Assembly: GCF_964194155.1 (NCBI RefSeq)
Contig: NC_135884.1
Span: 11,284,001-11,348,000 of the forward strand
Reading direction: 5' to 3'
DNA from: Cetorhinus maximus
Lineage: Eukaryota
DNA: 64,000 bases
Shown here piece after piece: positions 48,320 through 61,240 of the stretch. The notes beneath the pieces are model-generated. The model was not told where the DNA came from. It did not search any database and saw only the letters and a program-made list of their open reading frames with translations. The position numbers were made by a program, and so were the translations under genes. Position 1 is the stretch's first letter. Every line of letters starts with the position of its first letter.

Positions 48320-51049
48320 ATGGTTCAGTTAGAGAAGGATCTGGTTCAGTCACAACATGAGATCAGATAATCAGAATGGTTACACAGAATAACACCGGTC
48401 AATGAGTCATGGGTGGTGATAAAGAGATCAGAGCTCTTTCATTAGAACTAAGATGATTAAAAAGAGTTTCGAAAGAGGTAATCAAAACGATGATGACGAC
48501 ATTTTAAGGTAAATAAGACAACGTTTCAGAGTACTTAGAGGAGTCAATAACTAAAGGCCATAAAATTAAAATCTTCGTCATAAAAAAGGGAGGAGATCAA
48601 AAGAATGTTTTTTTAGTAGAGGGCTGTACCATGGAATGGCCTGAGCATATATTATGATGGAAGTAGAATCCATTTAGCTTTTTAAAGGGAAATGGATCAA
48701 AAAATTAATTCAAAAAGGTCTGGGGAACAGGAAGAAAATTGAGCCTAGTTGGACAACTCCTTCAGAGCAGCAACCTATCCACAGGCATTTAGAAACACAG
48801 CCATCTTAATTTCTGTAAAATCCAATAGGGCCAGATGTTAACTTCGTCAAAAAAAGTTAATGAAAATCAAAGCTAGGAGAGATGTAAAATGGGAGGCCCA
48901 TTTAACATGACTGTACAGTTAAACTGCTTCCCATTGACTCTTGTATGTCTTTTAGATATGTACATGTGTTACAGAGATATAGCAGTCCTATGCATGGATC
49001 ATAAGAGTCAAAGAATAGTGAGGCAGTAATCCAGCCCATTAAGTCTGTACCAGCGTTTTTGAAGAGCAATCGAATCCAGTTAGTCCTACTCTTTCTCTAT
49101 ATCCCTGCAATCGTTCTCCTTCAAATATTTATGCAATTCTCTTTTGATGGATACTATTGAATCTGTATCCAGCACCCTATCAGACAGTGCATTCCAGATC
49201 CTCACTAGTCATTACATAAAGAAGTTTTTCCTCATGTTGCCTCTGGTTCTTTTACCAACCATCTTAAATCTCTGCTCTCTGGTTATCAAACCTCCAGCCA
49301 TTTTCTCTTTATTTACCTTATCTAGGCCCTTCATGATTTCACGCACTCTATCAAATCTCCTCTTAACCTTCTCTGCTCTGAACAGAATAACCGCAGCTTC
49401 TCCAGTCTATCAACGTAGCTACAATCCCTCATCCCGGGGGTCATTCTAGTATATTTCTAGTGTGGCCTCTCCAAAGCCTTCACATCCTTCCTAAACTGTG
49501 GTGCCCACAATTGGACATACTACTCCAACTGCGGATGAACTTAGTTTTACATAAGTTTAGCATAATTTCCTGGCTTTTGTACTCTATTTATAAAGCCCAA
49601 GGTTCCTTAGGCTTTATTAACCTATTAATTAACTTGTCCTGACACCTTCTCACTGCTCACTGCCTGACAACTCACTGCCTGAAAGGGTGGGTGATTGAGT
49701 CAGAAACTCTCAGAACATTTAAGAAGTATTTAGATATTCCCTTGCGTTGCCATGGCCTCCTGGGCTATGGGCCAAGCACTGGAAAATGGGATTAGTGTCG
49801 TCAGATCTTTGTTGACCAGCATCGACACAATGGGCCGAATGGCCTCCTTCTGCGCTGTATACATCTATGAGTCTTCAAAGATTTGTGCACCAACACCCCA
49901 AGATCTTCTTGCACCGGCTTTAAAATCATACCATTTAGCTCGTATTTCTCTGCTCATTTTTTCCACAAAAATGCTTCACCTCACACTTTCCTGTACTGAC
50001 ACATTCCCATTCCACCAGCCTGTCTTTGAATTCTGCTCTTCACGGCACTTCCAAGTTTCAGGTCATCTGCAAACTTCAAAATTGCACCCTGTGCCTCAAA
50101 TCCAAGTCATTAATGCATTTCGAAAAATCCGTGGTCCTAGTATTGCATCTTGGGAACTCCACTATCCACCTCTCTCCAGCTCGGAAAACAGCCATTCACC
50201 ACAACTCTCTCTTTTCTTTCCCCTAGCCAATGTTGGCTATGTGGTGCTATTCCCCCTTCAGGTACCATGGCCTAAAAGGGCATTGGCGGACATGGACTTC
50301 CATTGGACTGGTCCATGATTATGCTTGGCAAAGTACTGCAGTGGCTTTCCATTGCCTTCTGCAGTATGGCTGACCAGGAAACTCTCCCATTCTTACCACC
50401 TGCCCTCAGGCACATTGGAAGGATTTACAGGCTGATAATCGACGTGTTTGGCCGTACTACGAATGTATATTTGGTGCTCATCAAGTCCTGAAGTGGGACT
50501 TAAACACAGAGCTTCTGACTCCACAGTAGGAGCACTACCCACTGCACCACAAGACCTGTGTGCTACTACAGTCTCTTTTATTCCATGGGCTCCAATTTTC
50601 CAATTTGATATTTGATCGCACATTGCCTGTGCACTTTACAAACATGTTAAAATTCAGGTGAGGCTAAAAATTCTTATGTATTTCAGGAAATGACACACAG
50701 CACAATAAGGAACTCACGTCAATTTGAAACCACTTGAGCTTGATCGGTACCGTATTCTCTCAAGCTTGAGATGAGTTTACATCTTTATAACACAGACCAG
50801 CTGTTTATAAAAGTGTTCAAAGGCGGAAATTCCACAAGAGCTTTATTTGTGTTTTCTGACAGGATGCTTTTTTTACCTGAGGCATCAAAGGGTGGACACC
50901 AATTTTCCACATTTTCCAAGGTTCATCTGCCAAAGCTACAAGAGACGAGCAGGAGAATCGCCTCAGAAGTTCACCCCAAAATATCATGGCAGCCAGCAAC
51001 AGATAACAGGACCCTCTACTCAAATGATTAGATTTGTACAATGATAACT

Positions 51050-51357
51050 TCCGCATTCTGCTTTCTTACCTTTATGCCACTATCAGCACCTTTTCAGTCT
51101 TCACCACTACCATTAACACCCCCTTTTGTCTTGAGTCCATGATATTTTTGTCAGTCTCTCCTTAGCCCCCACCTATCGCTGACCTTCTATCCAGCTTTAC
51201 CTGCTCCGCCCCCCCTTAAACAGTATAAATTCCATCACATTTTTACTTCTCTTTAGCTCTGAAGAAGGGTCGTGCAGACTTGAAACGTTAACTCTGTTTC
51301 TTTCTCCACAGATGCTGTCAAACTTGCTGAGTTTTTCCAGCATTTTCTGTTTTTTAA
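51050..51357 (+). mobile_element. Penelope-like pLTR fragment (7184 family) with hammerhead motif at 51255-51293
   Basis: Colinear with 7501-7737; agct CTGAAGA a gggtc-gtgca-gactt GAAA cgtt aact. Confidence 0.68.
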
Positions 51358-53751
51358 TTCCGCGGTGATGTTTAGTTTCATTTCACTCAGTATCGCAAGA
51401 CAATAGCAGACCTTGGCTGCACAAGGAAGGAAGAACTTGCGTTTGTAAAGCGTCTTATCCCAACCGTGGGATATTCCAAAGCATTTCACCTCCAATGAAT
51501 TATTATTGAAGCACAATTACTGTTAACGTTGACAAATGCTTCCCCTAAAGAATGAATAAGTGATCGGTTAATCTCTCTTTGGTTGAGGAATGCATGTTGG
51601 CCAGGGCTCTGCTACTCACTTAAAATGGCTGAACTCAACCTCAACAATGGTGCAGGTGCTACAGTTGGGCTTCACCAGCCCTGGGTTACGGAGTAGTCGC
51701 TGTTTGCGCCTCAGTGGTCCCAGCTGGGCAAGGCATAGATTGGGGTTTGATCAGAGCAAGTTAATGAGCGATCAGAAAATCTAGGCTTCAAGGTGAATGG
51801 CAGAGATGCATTGTAGGGGAAGCTCAATTAAGTACAAGGAGGGAAATTTGAGATGGTCAATAAATGCTAGCGTTTCCCACAATCCCAAGAACAAATACAG
51901 GAAAAGGAACAGAAGGTTACGCTGATAGGGTTGTGTGAACTAGAGTGGGAGTGTGAAGCATAAATACCAACAAAGCACATTGCATAGCTCTGCCTTTTTC
52001 AGAAATAAATACACTTATTTTAAAATGTAAATAAGAGAAAATGCCCTGTTATTACTCAGCTCCATCATATTTGACTAAAAGTATATGTTCTGTAAGTAAC
52101 CAGTATTTATCCCATGCCAACAATTATCCTGTTCATATACGGTACAAGAGGCATTACTCCTCAGATGTATTTCATTGGCTATGAAGTGCTTTGGCATTAT
52201 TTCAGTTGAGCCAAATGGCCTGCTCATAGGAAGCACTGGATCATAGAAATTTACAGTAAGGAATGAAGCCATTTGGCCCATCATGTCCATACTGGCCAAC
52301 AAAGAGCCAGCCAGCCTAATTCCAATTTCTAGCTCTCGTTCCCTAACCTTGCATAAGTACATTTTAAACATTATGAGGTTTTCCACCCTTTCAGGCAGCG
52401 AGTTCCAGATCCCCGACATCCTCTAGGTGAAAGCATTTCCTCTTGAATACCCTCTAAACCTCCTACCTTAAATCTACGCCCCTGGTTATGGACCTTTCAG
52501 CCAATGGGAAGATGGCCTTTCAGTCCACTCTATCTAGGCCCCTCATAATTTTACACACTTCAATTAGATCTCCCCTCACCCTCCTCTGTTCCAAAGAAAA
52601 CAGCCCCAGCCTATCCAATCTTTCCTCATAACTAAAATTCTCCAGTGCTGACAACATCCTCATGAATCTGCTGGAATTTCTATGTAACGTCTCGACTCAC
52701 ATGATACACAAGGACGTGATACCCGTGGAGTTGTACCTCAGAGTGGAATCAGTACCTTCAGGAGACAGGCGCAGAAAACTGAAGGTTTAAAAGGACATAA
52801 CAATTGCTCAAATGACCTTAAGCGAATTTATGGTCTTCCTCCAAATACTAGCACATTCGGCATTGCTCCCCAAGCTCTCAATAGACTGGCACGTCAACAT
52901 CACCATTGTGAACCACTAATGAGGTAAAAATAGGATGTGGTCGACACGCAACGGAAAATGATGGTGACTATCTCCCTGTACTACGACCACAGATTCCATT
53001 CAACGCCGAACGAGATCAAACAGTATTGGAAACAAATGACACCTGCAACCTGTACGTGTGTTTGAAGTGCACTCTCCTGCAGCTGCTGCTTTTGCAGGCT
53101 GCATGGAGTAGATATGTGCTGTACAGCTGCAGGCTCTATCGCGTTACTTGTTTCTTCTGGCTTTCACACCGTTAAAGATGTTTATGTAAAAGAAAAACCG
53201 CCCTGTCATTGTTCAGTGCTGTTGAATATCCTGTTTCATACAGGCCACAGTGAAACAAAAGTGTATTCCATAAGTAGCCAATACTTATCCTTATATAGAT
53301 CATAATCTATATGATCTGATTCGCATAGGTTACAACATGGACAACATTTCAAAAGTACTTCATTGGCTCTAAAGTGCTTTGGGATGTGAAGTTGTGAAAG
53401 GCGCAATATAAATGCAACCCTGTCTTTCTTTACTGAAACAGTAATTAAATATGCCAAACTCCTATGTTATTACACACTGCATAATCTGTCTGGACAATGA
53501 AAACATCAACACTTTTGTTAATACTGCAAGGAATAACTTTTCTCTCATTTAGATTTTAGTTAAGGGCTGGATTTTGAGGTTCGGACGGGCGCAGTGGGCG
53601 GGTCCGGGAGCGGCCGGAAAATGGTCCACCACCCGCGACTGGGCCACGACTCGGGTGTGCCCTGCAAGGTGTTCCTCAGGTGGGGTTGGCCAGGCTGCAA
53701 TGGCGCTGCAGGTAGAGGGTAGACTAATCAGTGCCCCCCCTGTTGTTTCAG

Positions 53752-55069
53752 GAGAAGGAAAGCCATAACCAGACAGAGAGGGCAAATAGGCGGAGGGCAG
53801 CCCAACCTCCTGCTGCTCAGCAGGTTCAAGCAAGACGCCCTGGAGCTCCCCGTGCAACCGGGTTTGGAGAGGCGGGGGTGCCAGACCAAGGGAAGAGCAC
53901 AGTGCACACAGGTGAGACCTTTGGATTGTGCAACCTTTCTAGTGCAGTCTTTTCATTGATGTGAGCCTCGAACCTGGAGTCCCCATTGATCATTGAAAGA
54001 CAATGGTACCATGATGTAGATCTGCGTGGTCTCACCCGGGTGCCTGGTATGCACAGTGACAGTGTGATAACTAACGGCATGTCCTTGATCTCCCTTTCAG
54101 GTTTGCCAGCAGGCGTTCGCTCTGCAGACCCCGAAGGGCCACCCCTGACACCAGAGGACCACCGGGCTTCTGTTGAACCTGCATCATACCCAGTCTCTGA
54201 GCCAGGCACCAGCGCAGATACCAACACCTCAGTGGGCATTAGATTGACAGCTAGTATCTCGGTGCATATTGGCGAGGGCACTTCACACTCGCTTGAGGTT
54301 CAGGCGGAGGCAGAGAGTGCCCAGGGCGCCGTCAGTCAGAGGGCTACTAGAGACCAGGACGATGCTCAGTCGAAGGCTACTGATGGGCCTCTGGAGTCGT
54401 CCATTAGGCAGCAGATGCTGGATGTCCAGTAGGGTGTGCGGGAGGATCTGGTGGAGATCCATGAGGGTATACGTGCCATGATCTCCCTGATGGAGGAGTC
54501 CATGTGGAGCGTGAGCACTGCGTTGACCACGTGGCCGAGTGCACTGGCTCCTCCACTGAGAGAGTAGCGACTCTCATGGAGATGCAGCTCCAGGGACAGA
54601 ATCAGGAGTTTCTGGGGTTGCGCTCGGACCTGCGAGCCCTCACACAGGCACTGACCTCAGGCGGTCAGTGTCAGTGTGAGAGATGGATGAGGCACCCAGT
54701 GTCCCAGCTAGGTGCCCATCCATCAACGGTGAGCAGGGAGGTCCAGAGCGACCTCACATTGGCGCACGAGCTGCCTGTCATCTCTGCGGGCTCCTCTCAG
54801 CGCACCCTGGATGACGGCAGCAACTCCCCCAACTTCTGCCAGTGACCGTCACATCTGATGAGGCTGCGATGACTGGGGAGTTGCCAGCCATGACACTGGC
54901 CTCTCCCTCCCAGGCGGGGCCAACACAGGCTCCACTGGCCAGAGAATGACCGCCAAGGTCACCAAGGCCAACAGCACAGCAGAGTCAGCAGCCTGTCTCC
55001 AATGCCGGTGCCAGCAAGGGGGGAGCATCTAGACGTGGCACTCACAAGTGCAAGTTAAAGGCACCATGA
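53752..55069 (+). pseudogene. Harbinger accessory (Myb/SANT-like) gene remnant, DNA-binding exon apparently deleted
   Basis: Acceptors at 53751 and 54100; EKESHNQTER..GGGQPNLLLLSRFKQDALEL resembles the post-trihelix segment, followed by S/T-rich and coiled-coil-like sequence (ORFs 53986-54432, 54504-54845); convergent with the transposase. Confidence 0.6.
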
Positions 55070-55381
55070 GCACAAGAGGGACAGGTCACAGGTGATTTTA
55101 TGTTCATTTATGTTTACTTTACTTTACCAGAGAAGTTTATGTAAATAGTTTGGAATTGTCAAAATGAGATCAATTTTGCTTTTGTCATCATGGCCTGAGT
55201 ACGCTTCACCTTTTTATTTTATTGGTGAAGAGTATGCCAATGTGTAACGCTGGCCGTAGGTGGCTCTGAGCTTTATTGAACAGGCACTAGGTGTTCTTTG
55301 TGTTCAAGTGAAAGGGCCCTTTCAGACACCTGGGATGGAGGCAGCAGCCCTGGCATGTGTTTGAAGCTGATCTTTGGTAGC

Positions 55382-56870
55382 CTAGATGAAGGAGCGTTGG
55401 ATCAAGGTGTCCCTGCCTCCCTGGAAGTTACCAAGGTTTGCCTCCATGCCCTCAATGTTCTCCTCACCATGCTCCTCTTCTGACTCACAACTGGATTCAT
55501 CATCTGTGGCCTGTGCAGCTGTGTTAAGAGCCTCTTCCTCCAGGGGGGTCCCCCCTTGCTAGTGCCAGATTGTGGAGAGCACAACATGCAACCACTATCA
55601 GTGACACCCACTCTGGGGGGTATTGTAGTGCTCCCCCTGAACGGTCCAGGTATCGGAAGCGCAGCTTGAGAAGACCTATGGTCCTCTCTACCACCGCCCT
55701 TCGAGGTATGACTCGTATTGTAATGCTGCTCTGCCTCTATTCTTGGGTGGCGGAGAGGCAGAGAGCCACCACTTCAACGGATTTCCTACAATTTCCATTA
55801 GTAAGAGAGACTAAAACCCGAGCGCACAGCCTGAGAGTAAAGGGAAGACCTTTTAGAACAGAGATGAGGAGAAACTTCTTTAGCCAGAGAGTGGTGAATC
55901 TATGGAATTCATTGCCACAGAAGGCTGTGGAGGCCAGGTCATTGAGTGTATTTAAGACGGAGATAGATAGGTTCTTGATTGGTAAGGTGATCAAAGGTTA
56001 CGGGGAGAAGGTGGGAGATTGGGGTTGAGAAACTTATCAGCCATGATTGAATGGCGGAGCAGACTCGATGGGCCAAATGGCCTAATTTCTGCTCCTATGT
56101 CTTATGGTCTTATGGATAGCCCTCATCACCCAGCAGCCATTTATCCAGTCAGGCTGGAGCACTGAAGAGCCTCGGCACCTGGGAGTGTCTGAGGATGTAA
56201 GCGTCATGGGAGCTGCCAGGGTACCGTGCACAGACTTGTAGAATCAGCATCCTGTGATCACACACTATCTGCACATTGACGAAGGCACTGTGTGCAGTCG
56301 ATTGCACCCTGGACGCAGGGGAGCCCAGCAATCGCTGCAAAGCCTCTGGCTCGCTCAGCCTGGCTGGCCTTGTCTGTATGGTAAAGAATAAAGATCAGTA
56401 CCCGCCTGAACAGAACTTCTGTCACCAGCTTGAAGCAACTGTGACAGCTGATTGGGGCACTCCACACAGATCCCCCACTGATCCCTGGAAAGAGCTGGAC
56501 GCTTAGAAGTTGAGGGTCACTGTGACCTTCAGAGCCACTGGCATGGGGTGTCCACCCACACAGTCAGAGCTGACCTCAGGTGAAATCATCTGGCAACTAG
56601 AGGTCACACTCTCCCTTGAGAGGCGGAGCCTCCTTTGGCATTGCACCCCAGACATATTGCATCGCTGCCTGTAAACCCTGGAACGTCTTCTGCAGCCCCT
56701 TCCGCCTTGGACTTCCTGCTGGCCCTGCGCCACTTGTGCCTGCGCCTCTCCTCCCACAGGTCCCTCCCCTGGAAGCTGCACTGGGACATGTGGCCTCCTC
56801 TCCCTTCTGCCCCTCTCTTCCTCCTCAGAGGAGGTGCCACCAGCGGAGGCCACAATCCCCGTTACCAGGG
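55382..56870 (-). pseudogene. Harbinger (HARBI1-like) DDE transposase, disrupted
   Basis: Motifs across frames: LRLSRE, LNF*ASSSFQGSVGDLCG, VQGAIDCT, NVQIVCD...YPGSSHDAYIL, WLLGDEGYP, VVERTIGLLKLRFR, VVACCALHNL; contains stops, frameshifts and a CR1 insertion. Confidence 0.88.
55783..56113 (+). mobile_element. CR1 LINE 3' fragment inserted in the Harbinger transposase
   Basis: TRAHSLRVKGRPFRTEMRRNFFSQRVVNLWNSLP (CR1 ORF2 C-terminus), 3' (cttatgNt) tail; GGAT duplicated on both sides; removing it restores GDEGYPLKWWL. Confidence 0.88.
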
Positions 56871-58063
56871 TAAGGGAAGGCTGTCTGATACCTGGAAGGG
56901 TCCACATGGTCTGAATCCTCCGAGGATCTTGCAGACATCAATGAGTCCAGAAATGAAGCTGCCAAGCACCAATAAGCAACCAGCAGCAAACTATCTCCAA
57001 AACTCCTCGCTACTCACACTGGCAATGCTGCTGACCCTTTTTATCCTGACCTTGGATGAGGTTTGTGAAAATGTCAACTGGCCGGCTGCCCGTTTTGCCC
57101 ATGTGACAAGCCAGAAATCGCACAGGCCAAGGAAAAAATTGCATTCAACTGGACTCTAAAGGGACTTAAGGGGCCGTTTAATTAATGGCGGGTGCCGCTC
57201 AGGCGTCCGCACACGCCTGCTGCGCGAAATCGCAATGACAGCAGGACGCACGCCCGACATCATCGCGTGCTGTTTTATGCTCGAGCGTGTCTGGCGCGCA
57301 CCCACACACCCAGCGAAAAATTCTGCCCTAAGTGTTGTTATTTCCAAGGAGACACAATGGCACAGCCCCACGGTCTGCCGATGCCAAGATGCGTTATTAG
57401 TGGAGTTACGAGGCTCTGTTTATCTGCACTAATGCTCATTGATACAGACTAGGGCAGACACAGATTGAAATCCCAAACTGCTCAGTAGGCCCAACCTGTA
57501 TCCTGTTGAACTGTGCTTTTCTATATTATATTATATGCTGGGGGTAAGGTGGTGGGGGGGGGAATGCAGAGGGAACCTAACTGCAGGAGACAGCAATGAC
57601 AAGGATATGTTGCCGTCTAGCAACCCGGGGACAGGCCAAGGTTCCCACCCTTTCAGCTGCAGTGGCTCCTGGTCAGGCGGACAAAAGAAATAAAATTTTA
57701 GAACAAGGGGCTTTGCCCAATGGCTACACCATACGGACTGCAGGGGTTCAAGAAGCCGGCTCACTGACCACCTTCTCAAGGGTAATTGGGGATAGGCAAT
57801 AAATGCTGGCCTTGTCTGCGATACTGAAATCCCAAACACAAATTTAAAAATTGCCACGTTAACAGAGAATCATACAGAGCGTAAAGAGGCCATTCAGCCC
57901 ATCGTGCCTCTGTCGACTCAAGCTCCCAATGAGTCCCAATCCCCTGCTCTTTCCTTTAGCCCCGTTTCCTTTATAAGCATACGTCCAAGTTTGAAAATTA
58001 CCTGCCTGGCATTTTTTGCAATTATCTTAAATCTCTGTCCTTTGCTAACAATCCACCCGCCAG

Positions 58064-58625
58064 TATGGTTGCCAGCTGTGATTAAAACAGGAAATGCTGG
58101 AAAAACTCAGCAGGCTTGGCAGCATCTGCGGAGAAAGGAACAGAGTTAACATTCCGAGTCCTTTTTGAGAAGTGTCATACGGACTCGAAACGTCAACTCT
58201 GCTTCCCTCTCCACAGAGGCTGTCAGACCTGCTGAGTTTTTCCAGCATCTTCTGTTTTTGTTGCAGATTTCCAGCATCCACGGTATTTTGCTTCTATCCG
58301 AGTGATTAAATGTATTCCTGGAGAGTTCATCACATGACTTGCCCCCATACTCCGGCAATTAAGTTGGCCAACTATCAATCCCTGTGATGCACTCCCTTCC
58401 GACGCCAATTGGAAAGCAAAAAAGACTCATTACCAAATTGGATGATGCTTGACTGTCAGCCAATCTGCCTTTTCTCCCCACCCACCGCCCCCCGCAGTTT
58501 TCAATATTTTTATATCTGTTAAAGAGAAATGTTGAAACAAAATAGAAAACAATCTTTTTTAATGTCCTGATGATTTCTCTCCAGGGCTGCGCACAGCAGT
58601 GTCCTGGAGATTGATCTTCAATCTT
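58064..58625. mobile_element. hAT-type MITE (reverse), interrupted by a Penelope-derived insertion
   Basis: Reverse-similar to 25304-25710 (aaatgtattcctggag, aagactcattacc, gtgtcctggagattgatcttcaa). Confidence 0.7.
58087..58301 (+). mobile_element. Short palindromic Penelope-derived insertion
   Basis: Inverted arms of the 7184 family plus tail; 9-bp TSD GTGATTAAA (58078-86, 58302-10). Confidence 0.7.
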
Positions 58626-60919
58626 AGAGGGTCTGCCAGTGAAAACAATTTCTCCCCCAGGGTGTTAAAAAAAGTTTCCATGTGGAATACATCTATTCAA
58701 AGAAACATTTGCAGTATCAGACTGCAGCTGATGTAAAACCAACTGACCGATTTTCAGCTTTGTGTCAACAGAAAGTCAGAGCGACATAATCCTGGTTGCA
58801 GTCCTAACCCCTCCCACGTCCATTGTGCAAAGTCCTAACTCCTTCATGTTTGCACTATTGGGAAATTAAAATACATTAGCCTTGGATTGGCTAATTCCCC
58901 GGCCAAATATGTCAAAGATGGTCCTGTAAGCAAAGTCCCACCAGGCTTAGGGCTTGGAACACAATCTCTTCCAAACACTAGCAAAGCAGATCTAGTGAAG
59001 CTCGCCTTGAATAACCGTACAACAGCAGGAATCAATAGAATGGGCCTGGCTGACAAAACGGCCTTTGTAGTTTACACAGAGATAAAAAGACAATTGTGTT
59101 CCAAAAACAATTGATTTTATTCCTGTACACAGTGCAGCCTTTATGCAAGAACAAAGCAAGAGGGAGTGAAAAGGGAAAGGATTGAATTTAGATTTTTCTC
59201 CCCAACACTTTGAGAGGTCGGATTCCACCCCCCTCCCCCCACCCCACCACACGCTGCTCCTCCCCACCCCCGCCAACCACCCACCCCACCCACCCATCCC
59301 CCTCCACCACAAGCCCAGCATTCATCTGACATTTCTGAAGGAAAAGCAACTTGCTACACAGAAAGGCTGAAATACCCAGCACGCATTCCAGTTTTGGATT
59401 TCTGGTGCCAGGGAGAGTGTTTCATCTTGCAGTTCCTGAAGACTCTTGGGCTCTTCCTTCAAGGCTTTGAACGTTTGAGGGCAAAACACTGGGTGTTTTG
59501 TCAAGTAGGTCAAAAAACACAGGAACTCTCATTACTGGGAATAGCAAGGAACCTGTCAATGGGATTCCAGGGTAAGAAACGTCAGGCACCCAAAAGGAAA
59601 CACCCCGGAAGAACTGAGTCCTCTGCAAGACACCGCATCCAACATCCTGCGTATATCATAACTGTGTCTCTGGAAGCACTGAGACCCATATCACAAGGGC
59701 TGGGCTAGTGAGGGGCATTTCAAAACAAAGCCTAAACAGCAACAGCACCGACTGCCAATTTTTCCCCGCCAACAGGTGGGACTCTCCGTTCAGCTGGGCA
59801 GTTCAGCAAAAGCGGACTCTCCATGGAATCTGACTGTTAATGCACAAGATTATCGTTGCTTTGCCACCGGCAGTGTGTCTGCACCTTACAATGTGAATGG
59901 AGCGAGTCTGCATCACTGGCAGCCTATCACATTATTAAGAGGAGAATACAGATCTTCCCAACCTAATAGAAATGATCATTTTACATGTTAATGTGACACG
60001 TCACTCTGGGTGTCATGCGCTCGGCCATGTAATGACACAAACTGCAACCATGTGGCTTTGTTACATCATCTTATGGCTTCTAGACAAACAAGTTTTGTTT
60101 TAATCATAGCCTGTGTAAAAAAAAATGAATGTTAAGAACAGACCAGGTGGACCAATGAGTGAGACTTTGTTCTTGCACTTCAGGACCCAACTCAGGACAG
60201 AATGAAGGTCTCCCCAGCTTGTCTGCTGGATTTAAGTGTCACATGTGAAGTGGCAGTCTTAATTCAATTTGCTAATGCACACAACTGTCCCTAATGTGAC
60301 ATTATTGACAATGTCAATCAGACTCTCCAAAAGGAGAAAAAAAGAAAAAATACCACATTTGCACAGTAGTGGGCACCTTTATGCGCTACTCTGCATCTAG
60401 TTGTGCTATACCTAACCTGTGAATGCTTGGTACTGACAATGGAAAATGTTCCAGTCAAAACACTAACATAACTCATGTTGAAGTGCATCTTTTTATAAAA
60501 ACAAAGCATTAAAATCAGCTGAATAATAATAAAAATAAATAATGTTCCTGGAAAGTTTGTGTCATGACCAGCATAGATGGAAACCAATGACTAAAATTGA
60601 GAAATCCTGAACTGGATCTGAATGGAGTCTACAAGTGAAAAGGGGAATGAGTTCTATTAATGCATAACTTTTCAAACTATCATCCCCAGGTCCTTCAAGT
60701 AATTAAATGCCTGGGGGATCATAGGTTTCATAAATAAGAACAAAGTGGTAGTTTTGACTTTGTGCGATAACAAGTCGGTAGCTTCAATGGAAGTAAAACA
60801 GGTGGCCATTTCCTATCACCCATTGTACCCAATCTTATAGAGTCAAAATTACCATGCAGCTAACAGTATAGGCTAAATCTAAACAAAACATCAGTTAAGT
60901 CGCAATTGGAAGGTATGTC

Positions 60920-61240
60920 CTTTTTTTATTCGTTCCCGGGATGTGGGCATTGCTGGCTAGACCAGCACTTGTTGCCCATCTCTAATTGCCCTTGAGAAGG
61001 TGGTGGTAAGCCACCTTCTTGAACATGTGGGGTAGGTACATCACCGTGCAGTTAGCGGAGGGCGGGGAGTACCAGGATTTTGACCCAGTGACAGCGAAGG
61101 AACGGCGATATAGTTCCAAGTCAGGATGGTGTGTGACTTGGAGGGGAACTTGCAAGTGGTGGTGTTCCCATGCATCTGCTGCCCTTGTCCTTCTAGGAGG
61201 TGGAGATCACAGCTTTAGAAAGCAGTATCGAAGGAGCCTT
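60920..61240 (-). mobile_element. LINE family B 3' end
   Basis: Family B tail; similar short ends at 3405-3665, 20310-20640, 32620-32755, 46800-47060. Confidence 0.78.

Larger units (their letters stand above)
53564..57328. mobile_element. Harbinger/PIF DNA transposon, decayed, two convergent genes
   Basis: Termini GGGCTGGATTTT / AAAATTCTGCCC (10/12 inverted match), TAA on both flanks (53561-63, 57329-31); internal DDE transposase and Myb/SANT-partner remnants. Confidence 0.88.

Noticed and set aside
59322-59513. SLQELQ resembling the UXT C-terminus
   Set aside because: Similarity limited to a few residues, no fitting splice acceptor, and no other UXT exons found.
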